A DNA stretch of 64,000 nt from Halieaceae bacterium (GCA_039989475.1 JBDXHU010000009.1:537721-601720); one strand, 5' to 3'. Positions 17,762-26,847 are shown, counted from the first letter of the stretch. A program made the numbers and translations. Notes: a model not told the origin generated them from the letters alone.

Positions 17762-18943
17762 CTACACCAGCATTGCGGTGAGTCGCGCGACCGCCACACG
17801 GTTGCCGCCACCCTCCACAGCTTTCCTCAGGCCCTGCAAGGCTGTGGCTTTTATCTGGCCGGCCAGCTGCTCCATGTTGATCGCGGGATAGTTCTGCGGG
17901 CTCCAGATAGTCAGGCCTATGGACAGACTGGCAAACAGGTTGGCGCCGCGGCCATCATCGATTTCCATAAACTCAGTATCGCTGCGCATGCGCTCGGCGA
18001 TTTCCAGGCCCTTGCTTTCGCTGCAGGCAGGCAGCAACAGGGCAAAGCGAGCGCCGTCCAGGCGTGCGATCAGGTCGGTACTGCGCAACATCCTGGCCAC
18101 ATGGGTAGCCACTTCTTTCAAGGTGAAGTCACCGGACAAATGACCGTAGTTATCAGCAATCTCCTTGAAAGCATCAACTTCCATCATCATCAGGGTCAGC
18201 GATTTATTGCTGCGGTGGGCGCGAGAAACTTCCTTGCGCAGCTCCATTTCAAAAGCCCGCTTGTTACACAGTCGGGTCAGTGGATCCAGCAGACTAAGTC
18301 GCGACAGGCGCTCAGCATTAAGACAATTTTCCAGACAGATAGCGATAATGGAGGCGAGGTGATGCATAAAGTCACGCTCCACATCGCTGGAGAATGCATC
18401 TGCGGCCTCGGAAACCCAGTGAAAGCTGCCAACCAGGATGCCATCGCGCACCAGTGGCAGCAGGATGGCACTCTGCCCGGTGTCGACGTTGGCGATGGCG
18501 CGCAGGGCTCGTGGATCTTCAGAGGCAATCAATTCAACCTCCGGACGGGCGCCGTACAACTGCTGCATGTCGAAGGAATCGGCTTCCAGTGTCAGCGACA
18601 TGCTGTAGTCCAGCTCATTTGGAATCAGGTCGGCGATAGCACCTTCCGGATCATATAGACTCAGGCTGATGCCGCTGAGAGTGAAATGTCTGCCCGTCTC
18701 GTAGAGCAGCACGTCCAGCAGGGCCGGCAGGCTGGCGGCATCCAGCAGCATCAGTTCGTACTGCTGCAAGCGATGCAGAATACGCTCGTTCAACTCTACC
18801 GTGCGCACAAAGTCGCCCATCTGCGAATCGACGTCGCTATAGGCTACACCCTCCGGCGAACTGGCGTGGCTAGCCAGTCTGGTGTTGTCGTCTTCTGCAC
18901 CCATCTGCACAAAGTTCCAATGTGGAGACCGCCAATGATACAC
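17762..18943 (-). CDS. GAF/DUF484-like sensor + degenerate GGDEF domain protein (A-site DGARF, I-site RSTD retained)
   Basis: 393 aa. GGDEF-domain landmarks LLDPLTRLCNKRAF, MEVDAFKEIADNYGHLSGDFTLKEV and RSTDLIARLDGARFALLLP. An internal ATG (MGAEDDN, start at 18904) is an alternative start and would widen the divergent promoter region. Confidence 0.8.
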   Translation of the reverse strand: MYHWRSPHWNFVQMGAEDDNTRLASHASSPEGVAYSDVDSQMGDFVRTVELNERILHRLQQYELMLLDAASLPALLDVLLYETGRHFTLSGISLSLYDPEGAIADLIPNELDYSMSLTLEADSFDMQQLYGARPEVELIASEDPRALRAIANVDTGQSAILLPLVRDGILVGSFHWVSEAADAFSSDVERDFMHHLASIIAICLENCLNAERLSRLSLLDPLTRLCNKRAFEMELRKEVSRAHRSNKSLTLMMMEVDAFKEIADNYGHLSGDFTLKEVATHVARMLRSTDLIARLDGARFALLLPACSESKGLEIAERMRSDTEFMEIDDGRGANLFASLSIGLTIWSPQNYPAINMEQLAGQIKATALQGLRKAVEGGGNRVAVARLTAMLV

Positions 18944-18977
18944 TTTCCCGGCGCCATCGCACTATAGTGGCGCATTA

Positions 18978-19082
18978 CGACCTGAGGGGTGGCAATGCCT
19001 GAGATGTCGCGGCTGCCGCAACAAGCAGACCCGGCGAACCCTTTGAACCTGATCCGGTTAGCACCGGCGTAGGAATAGGTGA
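18978..19082 (+). promoter_or_regulatory. TPP (thiamine pyrophosphate, THI-box) riboswitch aptamer
   Basis: Conserved elements read directly: GGGGTG (18986-18991), CTGAGA (18999-19004), and ACCC-TTTGAACCTGATCCGGTTAGCACCGGCGTAGGAA (19038-19075). A short P1 pairs ACCT (18980-18983) with AGGT (19077-19080). The element lies in the 5' leader of a TBDR gene. Confidence 0.85.
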
Positions 19083-19113
19083 GCCTCTTCATCCACATTA
19101 CGTCGCCAGCCGG

Positions 19114-19138
19114 GTCTCTTTTGTTTTTTTGGAGAGAC
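19114..19138 (+). promoter_or_regulatory. Candidate expression-platform hairpin sequestering the Shine-Dalgarno of the TBDR gene
   Basis: GTCTCT (19114-19119) is complementary to AGAGAC (19133-19138). The 3' arm overlaps the SD GGAGAG (19131-19136), about 6 nt before the GTG at 19142. Confidence 0.45.
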
Positions 19139-19141
19139 TCA

Positions 19142-21238
19142 GTGAACATTCATCCTCTAGCCAGCCTGCTGTTGCTGAGCCTGGCATCACAAACGGTGTT
19201 GGCACGGGAAGCACTACCAGAAATTGTAGTTACCGCGGAACTGCGGGAGACCACCCTGCTGGACTCCAGTATCAGCACCACGGTTGTCAGCGCCGACGCC
19301 ATTCGCGATCGCGCCGCCCAGCATCTCGAAGAAGTACTGAACCTTGCGCCCAATGTTAACTATGCCGGCGGCACCTCCCGGGCCCGTTATTTCCAGATCC
19401 GCGGCATCGGCGATCGCAGCCAGTTCCAGGAACCGCTTAACCCCTCGGTGGGATTTGTCCTGGACGGCGTCGACTTCAGCGGCATTGGCAGTATTGGCAC
19501 ACTGTTCGATGTAGACCAGGTAGAAGTGTTGCGCGGCCCCCAGGGGACACTGCATGGCGCCAATGCGCTGGCGGGACTGATCAATGTCACTACCGCCGCG
19601 CCCAGCGATCAGCCTTACAAGCACATCCAGGCCAGCGCCGGGGATTACAACAGCTACGGACTGGGCCTGGTCAGCAGCGGCCCGCTCACCAGGAATCTCT
19701 TGTACCGCGTGGCCGGCGAAAAATACAAGAGTGACGGTTACCAGGAAAATGATTTTCTTGGCGGCGATGATCACAACGACCGTGACGAGCTGACCCTGCG
19801 TGGAAAACTGCGCTGGCTGGCCTCGCAGCAGCACAGCCTGGACCTGGGCGTCACCTGGATAGACATCGACAATGGCTATGATGCCTTCTCCCTGGATAAT
19901 ACCCGCACCACCCTCTCGGACGAACCCGGCAAGGACCAGCAGCAATCGCTGGCATTATCGACACAGCTTTATTCCAGCTTTGATGCCTTCGAGCTGCAAA
20001 CCAGAATCAGTTACGCCAACACCGATGCCGACTACGCCTACGATGAGGACTGGACCTATGTCGGCTTTCATCCCTTTGGCTATAGCTCCCGCGACTCGTA
20101 CTCCCGTGAGCGCGACAGTTACAGCGCGGAAGTGCGCGCAGTGTCGAACCCGGCCGCGCGCCTGTTCAAGGACAGCAGTGACTGGGTCATAGGTCTCTAC
20201 TACCTCGGCAACAGGGAAGACCTGGACCGTCGCTACACCTACGCACCTCGCTTCAACAGCAGCTATGACACCGACACCTACGCCGTGTTTGCACAACTGG
20301 AAACGACGCTGACTGACAGCTTAACGCTGATCAGTGGCCTGCGTTTCGAAAACCGCGAAACTGACTACGGTGATAATAACGACGTCAATATCGATCCCGA
20401 CAAGAACCTGTGGGGCGGCAAACTGGCACTGGAGTACCAGCCCGGCGACAGCAGCCTGCTATACGCCAGCCTGTCCCGGGGTTACCGGGCCAACGGCATC
20501 AATGCAGCGATACTCGCCAATATCGATGCCACCGACGACCCGGACATCATAGCCGGCCTCGACTCGGTAAGAGAGTTTGACGAAGAGACCCTGCTCAATT
20601 ATGAAATCGGTTTAAAACGCAAACTGCTGGATGATTCAATGCAGGCCCGCCTGGCCCTGTTCTACATGGACCGCGATGACCAACAGGTACGCGGATCATT
20701 TCTCATTCCCCAGCCAGGGGGCGCCACCAGCTTCGTCGACTACACCAGCAACGCCGCCAGTGGGGAGAACTACGGTGCCGAACTGGAAGTGGACTGGCTA
20801 GCGGCCCAGGGACTGCGCCTGTGGATGAACCTGGGCTTACTGGAGACCGAATTCAAGAACTACACTAATGTGTTCGGCGAGGACCTGTCAGGACGCGACC
20901 AGGCACAGGCGCCGCAATACCAGTATTCACTGGGCGGTCACTACAGTTTTGCCAGTCACTTTTACCTGCGCCTTGAAGTTGAAGGCAAGGATGACTTTTA
21001 CTTCTCCGATCGACATGATGCCCAGGCCGATGGCTATGACCTGCTGCATGCCAGCATAGGTTATCAGGCGCAGCACTGGAGCCTGAGTCTGTGGGGCCGA
21101 AATCTCACCGACGAGGATTATTACGTGCGCGGATTTGGCAGCTTCGGCAACGACCCACGCAAGGATTACATCACCGAGCCCTATTACCAGTTCGGCGAAC
21201 CGCGCATGGTGGGTGTGCGCGCCAGTTATACCTTCTGA
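19142..21238 (+). CDS. TonB-dependent receptor (riboswitch-controlled; likely thiamine or thiamine-precursor uptake)
   Basis: The track ORF 19079..21238 is trimmed to the GTG at 19142, which gives a proper signal peptide (VNIHPLASLLLLSLASQTVLA). Plug motifs VEVLRGPQGTLHGANALAGLINV. Canonical C-terminal ...RASYTF. Confidence 0.9.
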   Translation: MNIHPLASLLLLSLASQTVLAREALPEIVVTAELRETTLLDSSISTTVVSADAIRDRAAQHLEEVLNLAPNVNYAGGTSRARYFQIRGIGDRSQFQEPLNPSVGFVLDGVDFSGIGSIGTLFDVDQVEVLRGPQGTLHGANALAGLINVTTAAPSDQPYKHIQASAGDYNSYGLGLVSSGPLTRNLLYRVAGEKYKSDGYQENDFLGGDDHNDRDELTLRGKLRWLASQQHSLDLGVTWIDIDNGYDAFSLDNTRTTLSDEPGKDQQQSLALSTQLYSSFDAFELQTRISYANTDADYAYDEDWTYVGFHPFGYSSRDSYSRERDSYSAEVRAVSNPAARLFKDSSDWVIGLYYLGNREDLDRRYTYAPRFNSSYDTDTYAVFAQLETTLTDSLTLISGLRFENRETDYGDNNDVNIDPDKNLWGGKLALEYQPGDSSLLYASLSRGYRANGINAAILANIDATDDPDIIAGLDSVREFDEETLLNYEIGLKRKLLDDSMQARLALFYMDRDDQQVRGSFLIPQPGGATSFVDYTSNAASGENYGAELEVDWLAAQGLRLWMNLGLLETEFKNYTNVFGEDLSGRDQAQAPQYQYSLGGHYSFASHFYLRLEVEGKDDFYFSDRHDAQADGYDLLHASIGYQAQHWSLSLWGRNLTDEDYYVRGFGSFGNDPRKDYITEPYYQFGEPRMVGVRASYTF

Positions 21239-21804
21239 TGCCCGGTTGGGAAGCCGCCGCCGTTGTCCTCGGCATCGCCTACCTGCTACTGGCGGTGCGC
21301 GAGAAAATCAGCTGCTGGTACGCGGCCTTTGCCAGCACCCTGATCTACCTGTTCCTGTTCTGGGATGTAAACCTGCTGATGGAATCTGCGCTGCAGCTTT
21401 ACTACCTGGTGATGGCTGTCTACGGCTGGTGGCAATGGCAACACGGTGGCAACAATGACTCTACCCTGCCGATCAGCCGCTGGCAGCCTCGCCAACACGG
21501 ACTTGCGATAGCCGCAATCTTGCTGGTCAGCGCAAGCAGCGGCTACCTGTTACAGGAATACAGCACTGCGGCACTGCCTTTCCTGGATTCCTTCACCACC
21601 TGGGGTGCGGTACTGACCACCTGGATGGTGGCCCGCAAGATACTCGAGAACTGGTTGTACTGGCTGGTAATCGACAGTGTATCCATCTACCTGTACCTTG
21701 ATCGCGAGCTCTACCTGACCGCCGCCCTGTTCGCTGCTTACATTGTTATCGCCGTCTTCGGATTCCTGGCATGGTTGAAACACTTCCGCACGCAAGCCGC
21801 CTGA
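21238..21804 (+). CDS. PnuC-family transporter (PnuT-like, nicotinamide riboside/thiamine type)
   Basis: 188 aa from the ATG that overlaps the TBDR stop (TGATG). PnuC-like signature YGWWQW plus multiple TM helices. The track ORF 21091..21804 has a spurious N-terminal extension. Confidence 0.8.
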   Translation: MPGWEAAAVVLGIAYLLLAVREKISCWYAAFASTLIYLFLFWDVNLLMESALQLYYLVMAVYGWWQWQHGGNNDSTLPISRWQPRQHGLAIAAILLVSASSGYLLQEYSTAALPFLDSFTTWGAVLTTWMVARKILENWLYWLVIDSVSIYLYLDRELYLTAALFAAYIVIAVFGFLAWLKHFRTQAA

Positions 21805-22577
21805 GGCTTGATCAAGCCCTGGCCCAGTGGCGACAGTGGCGCAATGGGCCCACCAGCCCGCCAGAAGTCGTGGAGCTACTCGGCGCAGGCATTAGCAACA
21901 CCAGCCTCAGGGTCAACGCAGGCGGGTCCGACTGGGTATTGCGCATCGACGGTATTGATCCGCAGAAACTGGGCCTGAGCCGCAGCACGGAATGGCGCGC
22001 ACTGAGCCATGCCGCGAGACAGGGGCTGAGCCCTGCACCCAGCTATCAAAACCCGGAGCTGGGGGTATTGGTCTGTGAATTCATCCAGGAACAGGCGGCC
22101 GATGCTGACAGTGGGCTTGCGGATATTGCACAGCTTTTAAGAGCGATCCACGATTTGCCCCCGCTTAAATTCAGGCTGGACCCGATGAGTCGCGCCACTC
22201 ACTATCTGCAGCTTGCCGGTGATGAAGAGCTGCCCCGGCAGTTCCTCCAGGCCTGTGAGCGCTTGCAGCAAGATGCCCCCGACCCGGTGCTATGTCATAA
22301 CGACTTGCTGCGTGCCAATCGGCTGCGAGGCGCTGATCGCCTGCTGGCACTGGACTGGGAATACGCCGCCATGGGCGATGCCTGCTTTGACCTGGCGGTG
22401 ATCATGGAAGGTGACAGTCTGGACCAGGATGCCTGCAGGGCGTTGCACCACCACTACCTGCAACGCGAAGCCAATGCGACAGAGCAGCAGCGTCTGCAAG
22501 ACAACCGGCTGGTGTACCGGGAGTTGTCTCGCTTGTGGGAGTGCATCTACAGTGAACAAAACCAGCAGCGGAAATAG
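21771..22577 (+). CDS. Phosphotransferase (APH/choline-kinase fold), thiamine-kinase-like
   Basis: 268 aa. Brenner/catalytic motif LCHNDLLRANRL and LDWEYAAMGD. N-terminal GAGISNTSLRV nucleotide-loop-like segment. The start is uncertain because it overlaps the pnuC-like 3' end. Confidence 0.7.
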   Translation: MVETLPHASRLRLDQALAQWRQWRNGPTSPPEVVELLGAGISNTSLRVNAGGSDWVLRIDGIDPQKLGLSRSTEWRALSHAARQGLSPAPSYQNPELGVLVCEFIQEQAADADSGLADIAQLLRAIHDLPPLKFRLDPMSRATHYLQLAGDEELPRQFLQACERLQQDAPDPVLCHNDLLRANRLRGADRLLALDWEYAAMGDACFDLAVIMEGDSLDQDACRALHHHYLQREANATEQQRLQDNRLVYRELSRLWECIYSEQNQQRK

Positions 22578-22589
22578 CATGCCAGAGCT

Positions 22590-22994
22590 ATGGATGAATC
22601 GCGGACCTTTCTGATACTCGCCGATGCGGTGTTGCTACTGCATGCGCTGTTTGTGGCCTTTGTCCTCCTGGGTCTTGTCCTGGTGATTGTCGGCAGGCTG
22701 CTGGTCTGGGACTGGGTGCGCAACCCCTGGTTTCGCGCGACACACCTGGCCGCCATCGGCCTGGTGGTCTTGCAGTCCTGGCTCGGCGCCCTGTGCCCAC
22801 TGACGACCCTGGAAATGAGCTTGCGCTCAAGAGCACAAGACGCCGTCTACCCCGGCAGTTTCATCGCGCACTGGCTGGAGGTAATGCTCTACTACCAGGC
22901 CCCGGCCTGGGTCTTCGCTACCTGCTACACAGCCTTTGGCGCCGCCGTGCTTGCCAGCTGGTTCTGGGTAAAACCGCGACCGTTTACGTTTTAG
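22590..22994 (+). CDS. Small integral membrane protein, DUF2784-like (134 aa, 4 TM)
   Basis: Starts 13 nt after the kinase stop on the same strand. Hydrophobic segments FLILADAVLLLHALFVAFVLLGLVLVIVG and others. The family assignment is from memory and is not certain. Confidence 0.6.
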   Translation: MDESRTFLILADAVLLLHALFVAFVLLGLVLVIVGRLLVWDWVRNPWFRATHLAAIGLVVLQSWLGALCPLTTLEMSLRSRAQDAVYPGSFIAHWLEVMLYYQAPAWVFATCYTAFGAAVLASWFWVKPRPFTF

Positions 22995-23038
22995 GGGACA
23001 GAGCACGGTTTAAAACGCCTAAACCGTGGTCTGTCCCC
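22994..23038. terminator. Long imperfect inverted repeat (19-nt arms, 1 mismatch, 7-nt loop) spanning the stops of two convergent genes; possible bidirectional terminator or RNA-stability element
   Basis: GGGGACAGAGCACGGTTTA (22994-23012) against TAAACCGTGGTCTGTCCCC (23020-23038). There is no good U-tract on either side. The 3' arm encodes the last residues of the sirtuin. Confidence 0.4.
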
Positions 23039-23789
23039 CATTTACCAGCGCAATCAAGGTCGGGCCAATCTCCAGGTTCAGGACCAGGTCGGCATAGTCA
23101 TCGTGATCGGTGTGATCCCGGTTGAGGATAACCAGGCGAGCGCCATTCTGTTTGGCCATGAGTGGGAAGCCCGCTGCCGGGTATACCACCAGCGAGGAAC
23201 CAATGGCGATGAACAGGTCACAGGCATTGCTTTCCTCCTGCGCCAGCATCATCTCCGCTTCCGGCATGGCCTGGCCGAAGGAGATGGTGGCGGTTTTAAC
23301 AATACCCCCGCAGCCATCACAGCGCGGCAGGCTTTCATCTTGCTCAAAGCGTTGCCGGATCGGTTCCAGCTCGAAGCGGGCAGCGCAATCCAGGCATTTG
23401 GCATAGGTAGTATTGCCGTGCAGTTCGATCACCTTGTGATCGGGCACGCCGGAGGCCTGGTGCAGTCCATCGATATTCTGGGTGATAACCGTACTCACCT
23501 TACCCTGTTCAACCAGCGCGGCGATGGCGTGGTGACCGGCGTTGGGCGCTGCCTTGCTGATGGTTTTGTCGGCACCGAACTTGCGACGCCAGGACTCCCG
23601 CTGCATGTCCTCCGAGGCGACAAAGTCGCGGAAATCTATGGGCTGGTACTTGTCCCATACCCCGCCCGGACTGCGAAAGTCAGGAATGCCAGACTCGGTG
23701 CTGATACCCGCGCCGGTAAACACCACGGCGCGGCGGCTGTCCGCTAGCAGGCCGCGAAAACGCTGCAGTGCTTGTTCAATGTGATCCAT
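23019..23789 (-). CDS. cobB: NAD-dependent protein deacylase (Sir2 family, CobB type)
   Basis: 256 aa. GAGISTESGIPDFRS, HG catalytic His (IELHGN), and a Zn ribbon (CLDC...CDGCGG). Confidence 0.9.
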   Translation of the reverse strand: MDHIEQALQRFRGLLADSRRAVVFTGAGISTESGIPDFRSPGGVWDKYQPIDFRDFVASEDMQRESWRRKFGADKTISKAAPNAGHHAIAALVEQGKVSTVITQNIDGLHQASGVPDHKVIELHGNTTYAKCLDCAARFELEPIRQRFEQDESLPRCDGCGGIVKTATISFGQAMPEAEMMLAQEESNACDLFIAIGSSLVVYPAAGFPLMAKQNGARLVILNRDHTDHDDYADLVLNLEIGPTLIALVNGGQTTV

Positions 23790-23876
23790 GTGTTAAGCCA
23801 GGGCCAATTTCTGCTTTCCAGGCTTTAGGGTATCCTTGCCCGGGAATTATTCAAAATAAGCGAAAGGAAGCAAATT

Positions 23877-25715
23877 GTGAGAATCACCCGCAACCTGGTC
23901 CTGCTGGCCTGTCTGATCGCCGTGGCCATCGCCATGTGGCCACGGCCAGAAAAGCCAAGTCGCACTGCAGACCCCGCCAGCCAACGCGACACCAGCAGTG
24001 GCCCGGTGATCGGCGCCCGTGACGCGGATGATACCTATGCCTGGTTGGGCATACCCTTCGCCGCAGCGCCGGTGGGTGATTTGCGCTGGCGTGCACCGCG
24101 GCCGGTACAGCCCTGGCAAGATGCGCTGCAGACAAGCGAATTCCGTGATGCCTGCGTGCAATTGCCCGGCCCCCTGGACGGCGTGGAGGACGATAGCGGC
24201 GCCGTGGTCGGCAGTGAAGACTGCCTGTTTTTAAATATCTGGTCACCCCGGGACCACAGCAATGCAGACGCGGAGAAACTGCCGGTAATGTTCTGGATTC
24301 ACGGTGGCGGTAACACGATAGGCACCGCCAACACCTACCCCGCCAATGGGCTCGCCGGCGGTGAGAAGGTGGTCGTGGTGACCATCAACTACCGGCTGGG
24401 CTTACTCGGCTGGCTCTCTCACCCCGCCCTGCAGGGGGAAGACCGCGACCCCCTGGATGCCTCGGGCAACTATGCCAACCTCGACATGATCGCCGCCTTG
24501 CAGTGGGTGCAGGATAATATCGCCAACTTCGGCGGCGACCCGAAGCGGGTCACTATCTTTGGTGAATCCGCTGGCGGCCGCAATGTCTATACCCTGCTCG
24601 CCTCACCACTGGCCAGGGGCTTGTTCCAGCGAGCCATCGTCCAGAGCGGTTCGACCAGCACCACGCCGCGTTGGCGCGCCGAGAACTTCAGCGATGATTC
24701 GCAACCGGGCATGCGCCTCAGCTCGCGGGAGTGGCTCGCACAGCAATTACAACAGGCCGGTCGCGCCGAGAACCGCTCCGCCGCTCGGGCGGCGCAGTTG
24801 CGAATGTCCGCTGAGGAAACGCGGGAGTTCATGTATTCGCGCAGCCCCGAACAGATACTGGAAGGCATTAGCGCCGGTGCCGGTATGTACGAGGCCCCCC
24901 AGGGCTTCCGCGACGGCGCCGTTTTGCCCACAGAGTCTCTCTACGAGGTATTCAAGAACCCGGCACGTTACAACAGTGTGCCGCTGATGACCGGCACCAA
25001 CCGCGATGAGATGAAACTGTTCCTGTCGCAAAGCCCGGACTTCGTTGAGCGCCGTTTTGGCTTTCTGCCACGTATTAAAAATGTGGCTGCTTACAACAGC
25101 GTCGTCGCTTACCTGAGCGACACCTGGAAAGCGCTGGCCGTGGATGGTGCCGCCGACATCATCTCGGCCAATAGTGAGCAAGCGGTGTTCGCCTATCGCT
25201 GGGACTGGGACGAGGGCGCCAAAAACTGGCTGGTGGATTTTTCCGAGTTGCTGGGTGCCGCTCACCTGCTCGAGGTGGGCTTCATATTCGACGACTTCAA
25301 GACCGGCATTAACGTGCCCGGCCTCTACAACGAAGACAATATTCCCGGCCGCGACTTACTGGCAGCGCAGATGCGCAGCTACTGGGCTGAATTCGCCCGC
25401 AGTGGGGATCCCGGCAGGGGCAGCCAGCAGGATCTGCCAGCCTGGCTGGACTGGCGCAATCCGGGCCCCAATCTTATGTTACTGGACACCGCGGCCGATG
25501 GCGGTTTGAGGATGGTGCGCGAGCCCATGACCATCGCCATGCTCAAGCAGCGCCTGCGCGACGATGATTACATGCCTGACCTGCGCAGCCGCTGTGAGAT
25601 GCACGTGCAGTTGTTCCTGCTCGCCAATGCCGGTGACGATGTCTGGGATGAGGCCGACTACCAGGCCCTGGGCTGCGCACAATGGCAAGCCTGGAGCCTG
25701 GAACGGGGACGCTGA
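23877..25715 (+). CDS. Carboxylesterase/lipase, type B (para-nitrobenzyl-esterase-like), exported or membrane-anchored
   Basis: 612 aa. EDCLFLNIW, HGGGN and the nucleophile motif FGESAGG. N-terminal hydrophobic anchor. Confidence 0.85.
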   Translation: MRITRNLVLLACLIAVAIAMWPRPEKPSRTADPASQRDTSSGPVIGARDADDTYAWLGIPFAAAPVGDLRWRAPRPVQPWQDALQTSEFRDACVQLPGPLDGVEDDSGAVVGSEDCLFLNIWSPRDHSNADAEKLPVMFWIHGGGNTIGTANTYPANGLAGGEKVVVVTINYRLGLLGWLSHPALQGEDRDPLDASGNYANLDMIAALQWVQDNIANFGGDPKRVTIFGESAGGRNVYTLLASPLARGLFQRAIVQSGSTSTTPRWRAENFSDDSQPGMRLSSREWLAQQLQQAGRAENRSAARAAQLRMSAEETREFMYSRSPEQILEGISAGAGMYEAPQGFRDGAVLPTESLYEVFKNPARYNSVPLMTGTNRDEMKLFLSQSPDFVERRFGFLPRIKNVAAYNSVVAYLSDTWKALAVDGAADIISANSEQAVFAYRWDWDEGAKNWLVDFSELLGAAHLLEVGFIFDDFKTGINVPGLYNEDNIPGRDLLAAQMRSYWAEFARSGDPGRGSQQDLPAWLDWRNPGPNLMLLDTAADGGLRMVREPMTIAMLKQRLRDDDYMPDLRSRCEMHVQLFLLANAGDDVWDEADYQALGCAQWQAWSLERGR

Positions 25716-25719
25716 GGCT

Positions 25720-26847
25720 TCAGGCCTGGGGCTTGATCAGGTACTTCTCGCCGGTGGCCTGCTTACCGTAGACAGCGATGGCATCCGCCGACAGGGCTTC
25801 GGCCAGTGACACCTCTTTGGTGTAGTGGCTGGCGAACGTGGTCTTGATCTCGGCGGCCACCCTGGCGCGCATTTCCATGCTTTTTTCCATGCCCGCTTTT
25901 TGCAGGAAGGGCGTCAGCAGAAAGCCGCCAATACCCCAGGAAAAACCGAAGTTGCGGGTCAGCACGGTGGGGCTGCGATCGAGGCCGCCGTAGATATACA
26001 GCTGCTTGTGAACGTCGGAGCCGTAGCGGTTGTACTCCGTCATATTGCGCACCGCCGCTGCTTCCATGCAGGTCAGTATCTGGCTGGCCAGCTTGCCGCC
26101 GCCGGTGGCGTCGAAGGCCAGGGTGGCCCCGGTCGCCGCACAGGCATCGGTCAGGTCATCGAGGAAGCTGTCACTGCTGGAATTGATAATGTACTTCGCG
26201 CCCAGTTCCTTGAGAATGGCTTCCTGCTCCGGCTTGCGCACAATATTGACCAGCTCTACGCCATCGCTAATACAAATGCGATTCAGCATCTGGCCCAGGT
26301 TGGAGGCCGCCGCGGTATGCACCAGCGCCGTGTGATTTTCCATGCGCATGGTTTCCACCATGGCCAGGGCGGTGAGCGGATTGACAAAACAGGAGGCGCC
26401 CTCCGCCGCCGTGGTCCCCTCTTCCAGCGGCAGGCACATGAAGGCATTAACACAGCGATACTGGCCGTACATATCACCGCCGACCACGCCCACCAGCTTG
26501 CCCATCAGGGCCTGGGCAGCGTCGGAGGAGCCGGCGGCAATCACGGTGCCCGCCCCTTCATTACCCACCGCCAGTGACTGACCGACCCGGCTGGCGACCA
26601 TCTTCATCAGGTTTTCCGGAATGTCGGCAGTGACCACGGGGCGCTCCGGGCTGCCGGCAACCTTGATCGTGGCCAGGTCGGCCGGGCCAAACAACAATGC
26701 CAGGTCCGAGGGATTGAGCGGCGTGGCTTCCAGCTGCACCAGCACCTCGTCCGGGCCGGGTTCGGGAACAGGCTCATCGACCAGGGTCAGTTCGAGTGTG
26801 TTGTCGTCTTTAATGGTGGAACGAAGCTGTAATCCGGTGTCTGCCAC
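25720..26847 (-). CDS. MDR-superfamily oxidoreductase (zinc-independent quinone-reductase/enoyl-reductase-like)
   Basis: 375 aa. GroES-like N-terminal domain and a Rossmann segment HTAAASNLGQML. Confidence 0.75.
   Translation of the reverse strand: MADTGLQLRSTIKDDNTLELTLVDEPVPEPGPDEVLVQLEATPLNPSDLALLFGPADLATIKVAGSPERPVVTADIPENLMKMVASRVGQSLAVGNEGAGTVIAAGSSDAAQALMGKLVGVVGGDMYGQYRCVNAFMCLPLEEGTTAAEGASCFVNPLTALAMVETMRMENHTALVHTAAASNLGQMLNRICISDGVELVNIVRKPEQEAILKELGAKYIINSSSDSFLDDLTDACAATGATLAFDATGGGKLASQILTCMEAAAVRNMTEYNRYGSDVHKQLYIYGGLDRSPTVLTRNFGFSWGIGGFLLTPFLQKAGMEKSMEMRARVAAEIKTTFASHYTKEVSLAEALSADAIAVYGKQATGEKYLIKPQA

Noticed and set aside
23019-23789. Sir2-domain protein as a possible NAD-depleting defence effector (Thoeris/DSR-like).
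   Set aside because: It has the size and motifs of a housekeeping CobB-type deacylase (GAGISTESGIPDFRS, a Zn ribbon with two Cys pairs). It has no fused or adjacent defence-type partner genes and sits in ordinary metabolic surroundings.
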